DNA from: Chamaesiphon sp.
GTDB lineage: Bacteria; Cyanobacteriota; Cyanobacteriia; Cyanobacteriales; Chamaesiphonaceae
Length of the DNA stretch: 64,000 nucleotides
Assembly: GCA_965246715.1 (NCBI GenBank)
Contig: CBDFFH010000012.1
Span: forward strand, 64,001-128,000
Reading direction: 5' to 3'
Below, piece after piece: positions 62,656 to 64,000 of this stretch. How positions within the stretch are numbered: position 1 is the first letter of the stretch; the number at the start of each line of letters is the position of its first letter. The notes under the pieces were generated by a model that was not told the DNA's origin, did not search any database, and worked only from the letters and a program-made list of their open reading frames with translations. The position numbers and the translations under genes were made by a program.

Positions 62656-63063
62656 ATGGTTGGATATTTAGTAACAATTTTGGCAACTGCACTTGGTTTA
62701 TTGGTGGTGGATACGATCGTCCCTGGGGTAGATATTGCTAACTTCCCAGCCGCATTAATTGCCGCCGCTGCGATCGGCTTAATTAATTCTTCATTGAGAC
62801 CGACACTTTCATTGCTATCTTTACCGCTCAATTTCGTCACTCTAGGTGGCTTCTCTTTGGTCGTGAATGGCATTTGTTTTTGGTTAGCTTCGATTTTGGT
62901 ACCTGGCTTTAGTATGAGTGGATTGGCAGCGTTTATTTTAGCTCCGTTAACTCTGTCTTTTACTAGCACATTCCTCAATAAGTACTTTGCCGAGAAGGAA
63001 GTTGGTAATGTATTGACGGGCAGCAAAAACCCTACGCTAACAGTTAAAGGAGACAACACTTAA
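62656..63063 (+). CDS. YvlD/DUF360 ('phage holin family') membrane protein
   Basis: GLINSSLRP.LSLLSLPLNFVTLG.FSLVVNG; AAGGA RBS. Confidence 0.87.
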   Translation: MVGYLVTILATALGLLVVDTIVPGVDIANFPAALIAAAAIGLINSSLRPTLSLLSLPLNFVTLGGFSLVVNGICFWLASILVPGFSMSGLAAFILAPLTLSFTSTFLNKYFAEKEVGNVLTGSKNPTLTVKGDNT

Positions 63064-63080
63064 AGGTCGACTGTAATAGA

Positions 63081-63124
63081 TTAAAAAGAGAACTAGGTAG
63101 TTAATTACCTAGTTCTCTTTTTAA
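63081..63124. terminator. Bidirectional intrinsic terminator
   Basis: ttaaaaagagaactaggta / tacctagttctctttttaa between convergent genes. Confidence 0.8.
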
Positions 63125-63264
63125 TCTATGCTAAACATCTATTGATTGTTCGCGATCGGGAAGGGTCCAGAATCAATTTTTTAAATGGTTTGTGGATGGA
63201 TTTAACAATTCCTAGGTCTTGATTTGTACTAGCTGCAAAATAAGTAACAGGATCTTTTTTTTAG

Positions 63265-64000
63265 TTACAGTGCTTGGTATGCGGCTGCGGTGAGCGATCG
63301 AATTTCAGCTAAACTCGGTGGTTCGACTAGTTCCGCCGCGGTTGTACTCAGCCATAATAGATACTCGATATTTCCGGCTGGCCCTGTGAGTGGCGACCAT
63401 GTTAACCCCCGATAATGCCAACCCAAATCGCTAGCAGCGGCTAAGACCCCGCAAATCGCCCCTGCCTGGGCTGATAAGTCTCTAACCACTCCACCCTTCC
63501 CGATCGCTTGTCTACCCACCTCAAATTGCGGTTTAACCAGCAATAAGAGTTCTTTTGGCTCTGTTAGCAACAATCCCAGTGCGGGCAAAATTTTGGCGAT
63601 CGAGATAAAGGAGACATCTACTACCGCTAAATCTGGCAGGGTGACAGAATAACAGCCTTCAATCGGTTCCCCATAAAGTTCGGCTGGTGTGAGATGGCGA
63701 ATGTTCGTGCGTTCGCGTAAGATTACCCGATCGTCAGTCCGGATTTTCCAGTCTACTTGTCCGTAGCCGACATCGATACCATAAACCTGCTTTGCACCAG
63801 CTTGTAATAAACAATCCGTAAAACCACCTGTCGAGATCCCCGCATCCAGACAAATTCGATCGAGGATCTCGATCGGAAATAATTCCAAAGCCTTGGCTAG
63901 TTTCTCGCCACCACGCGAGACAAACCGCGCTCTAGCTTTGACTTCAATCTCCGCAGTCAATAAAATTTCCGTGCCAGCTTTATCAACGATCTCGCCATTG
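63265..64000 (-). CDS. tlyA: TlyA family rRNA methyltransferase (5' end outside window)
   Basis: FVSRGGEKL, GISTGGFTD, DVGYGQ, DVSFIS, KPQFE, GNIEY; frame is open to the window edge. Confidence 0.94.
   Translation of the reverse strand, partial: NGEIVDKAGTEILLTAEIEVKARARFVSRGGEKLAKALELFPIEILDRICLDAGISTGGFTDCLLQAGAKQVYGIDVGYGQVDWKIRTDDRVILRERTNIRHLTPAELYGEPIEGCYSVTLPDLAVVDVSFISIAKILPALGLLLTEPKELLLLVKPQFEVGRQAIGKGGVVRDLSAQAGAICGVLAAASDLGWHYRGLTWSPLTGPAGNIEYLLWLSTTAAELVEPPSLAEIRSLTAAAYQAL

Noticed and set aside
62656..63063. Phage holin suggesting a prophage
   Set aside because: YvlD/DUF360 family is commonly chromosomal; no endolysin, integrase or structural genes nearby

Overview
Cyanobacterial chromosomal DNA: HIP1-type GCGATCGC/CGATCG is pervasive, and acsF, petF, cpcS, an hli gene and a biliverdin reductase-like gene are present. 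The CGATCG excess suggests a Chamaesiphon-like genome (inference). 1-17.8 kb holds a hybrid kinase, a response regulator, an LRR protein, Uma2, ackA, two giant signal-peptide-less phosphatases sharing a DUF4114-like tail, and manC. 18.3-39.6 kb is a partly eroded organic-nitrogen scavenging island. Its recognisable core is an NtcA-type promoter plus a guanidine-I riboswitch upstream of cgdAB, and a urea/guanidine carboxylase carrying the guanidine-type Asp. Around it lies an uncharacterised module: two desaturase-fold diiron enzymes, a MetX-like hydrolase, two GlnT/GmaS-type ligases (one truncated), an ABC importer, an MBL hydrolase and a standalone GGCT/allophanate-hydrolase-C-like protein. 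The island is interrupted by an SPFH gene pair, higBA, an IS1 inside a DUF4253 gene, and an Rpn-like + HNH pair. 40-64 kb is mostly ordinary envelope, repair, pigment and stress genes with many REP/MITE-like palindromes. No rRNA, tRNA or CRISPR array was recognised. All calls are by eye, without database searches.
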